A stretch of DNA of 64,000 nucleotides. It comes from Felis catus. Its lineage: Eukaryota. Within the stretch, counting starts at the first letter, position 1. Each line of letters opens with the position of its first letter. The position numbers were made by a program, and so were the translations under genes. The notes under the pieces are model-generated. The model saw only the letters and a program-made list of their open reading frames with translations, was not told the origin of the DNA and made no database searches. Below are positions 63,051 to 64,000 of the stretch, piece after piece. Location of the stretch: positions 204,664,001 to 204,728,000 of the forward strand of contig NC_058368.1 of NCBI RefSeq assembly GCF_018350175.1, read 5' to 3'.

Positions 63051-63389
63051 CAAGCACCACTTTCTCCTCCTCACTCTCCCGACTCCTCATGTCATACATG
63101 CTATGTTGCATCCAAAACATGGCTCTAAGAGCCTCTGCCCACGGGGTGTTACAGCCAAGGAGAAGGCACAGTCCAGGCAAGCTGGAATAGTAATTTTGAG
63201 CTGGGCTCCTGCTTCCTCAAAAAGAGAGGGAGGGAGCTGCCAGCACATAACAAAAATCTCCACATCCATTGCCAATGTGTTTAAACTAATTGTGCTCAGC
63301 TCCCCTTCCAATGAGAAGAACTGAAGAGCATGCGGTCTGGTGTAGGGTGCCTTTCATGTGGGTGTTTGACAATAGAAGCATGCCACCAC

Positions 63390-64000
63390 GGGTCCAAGAA
63401 AATAAATTTATTAAACTTTGAAGGAAAAAAATCCACAGACATGAGGAGAGTTAAATATAAACTGCAGGACACAACTAGTCATACTAGTGAATAATGGCTT
63501 GTGTGGCCAGCAAAGTACCAGAATGACATTCTGAGACTGATTGAGGTATTTAGCTATTTTTGGCTATAGAAATTGTTGTCAGCCTATGGTGAAATAGTAA
63601 GATAGTTTTCCCAAGCACACAGTTTTAAGTTGAATTAGGTTCTACACTGATGAAATTGTACATGAAACTAAATTATGTAGCTCTTAGAGAAAACTATAGC
63701 AGCAAGGTAGCAGAAAAGATCTATTAAACACCTATTACAAAGTAACATGTTGAACTTGGAACACCCAGTTCTAGCTTTTCACTGTCCTTCCCGCAAGAAA
63801 GAGGGAATTTAAAATCACCAACCATTAAGCCTGTTTCCTAAAAAGGTCTGAGCTAAATGGCAAATACTATTTAAGTTAAAGCTAACTTTAAAGTTTCATT
63901 AAATGTAAAAAAAAAAAAAAAACCAACCAAAACTTAAAGTGAGAAGCATTTTTCAGTGAGATGAGATTCTTCTCTTTGGACAAACCTTTTGGGGAATAAT
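63390..64000 (-). other. GHR: Terminal part of the growth hormone receptor 3'UTR with poly(A) signal
   Basis: Minus strand reads ...CACTAGTATGACTAGTTGTGTC...CCTTCAAAGTTTAATAAATTTATTTTCTTGG, recalled as the end of mammalian GHR mRNA; fits GHR-CCDC152-SELENOP synteny; AATAAA at 63412-63407. Confidence 0.8.

Overview
Felid (cat-family) genomic DNA, judged by about 30 feliform CAN-SINEs. It spans the conserved SELENOP-CCDC152-GHR locus. On the + strand are the last two coding exons of selenoprotein P (SELENOP). The final exon has a His-rich tract and 14 in-frame TGA (selenocysteine) codons, followed by two SECIS elements and a poly(A) signal. On the - strand is the complete CCDC152 gene (8 coding exons, 263 aa, CpG-island promoter near 37.7 kb), whose 3' end converges on and probably overlaps the SELENOP SECIS region. 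The end of the GHR 3'UTR lies at the far right. The most unexpected item is a decayed processed copy of another selenoprotein gene, GPX1, inside CCDC152 intron 3 (about 32.5-33.15 kb, same strand as CCDC152). It keeps the Sec TGA, a recognisable SECIS and AATAAA, and has gained a perfect splice donor. Its ATG-to-TAG frame of 128 codons is interrupted only by two TGAs. The rest is typical mammalian repeat content (L1, L2, MIR, solo LTRs, DNA-transposon relics). Comparisons with human, rodent and repeat consensus sequences are from memory and need checking by alignment.
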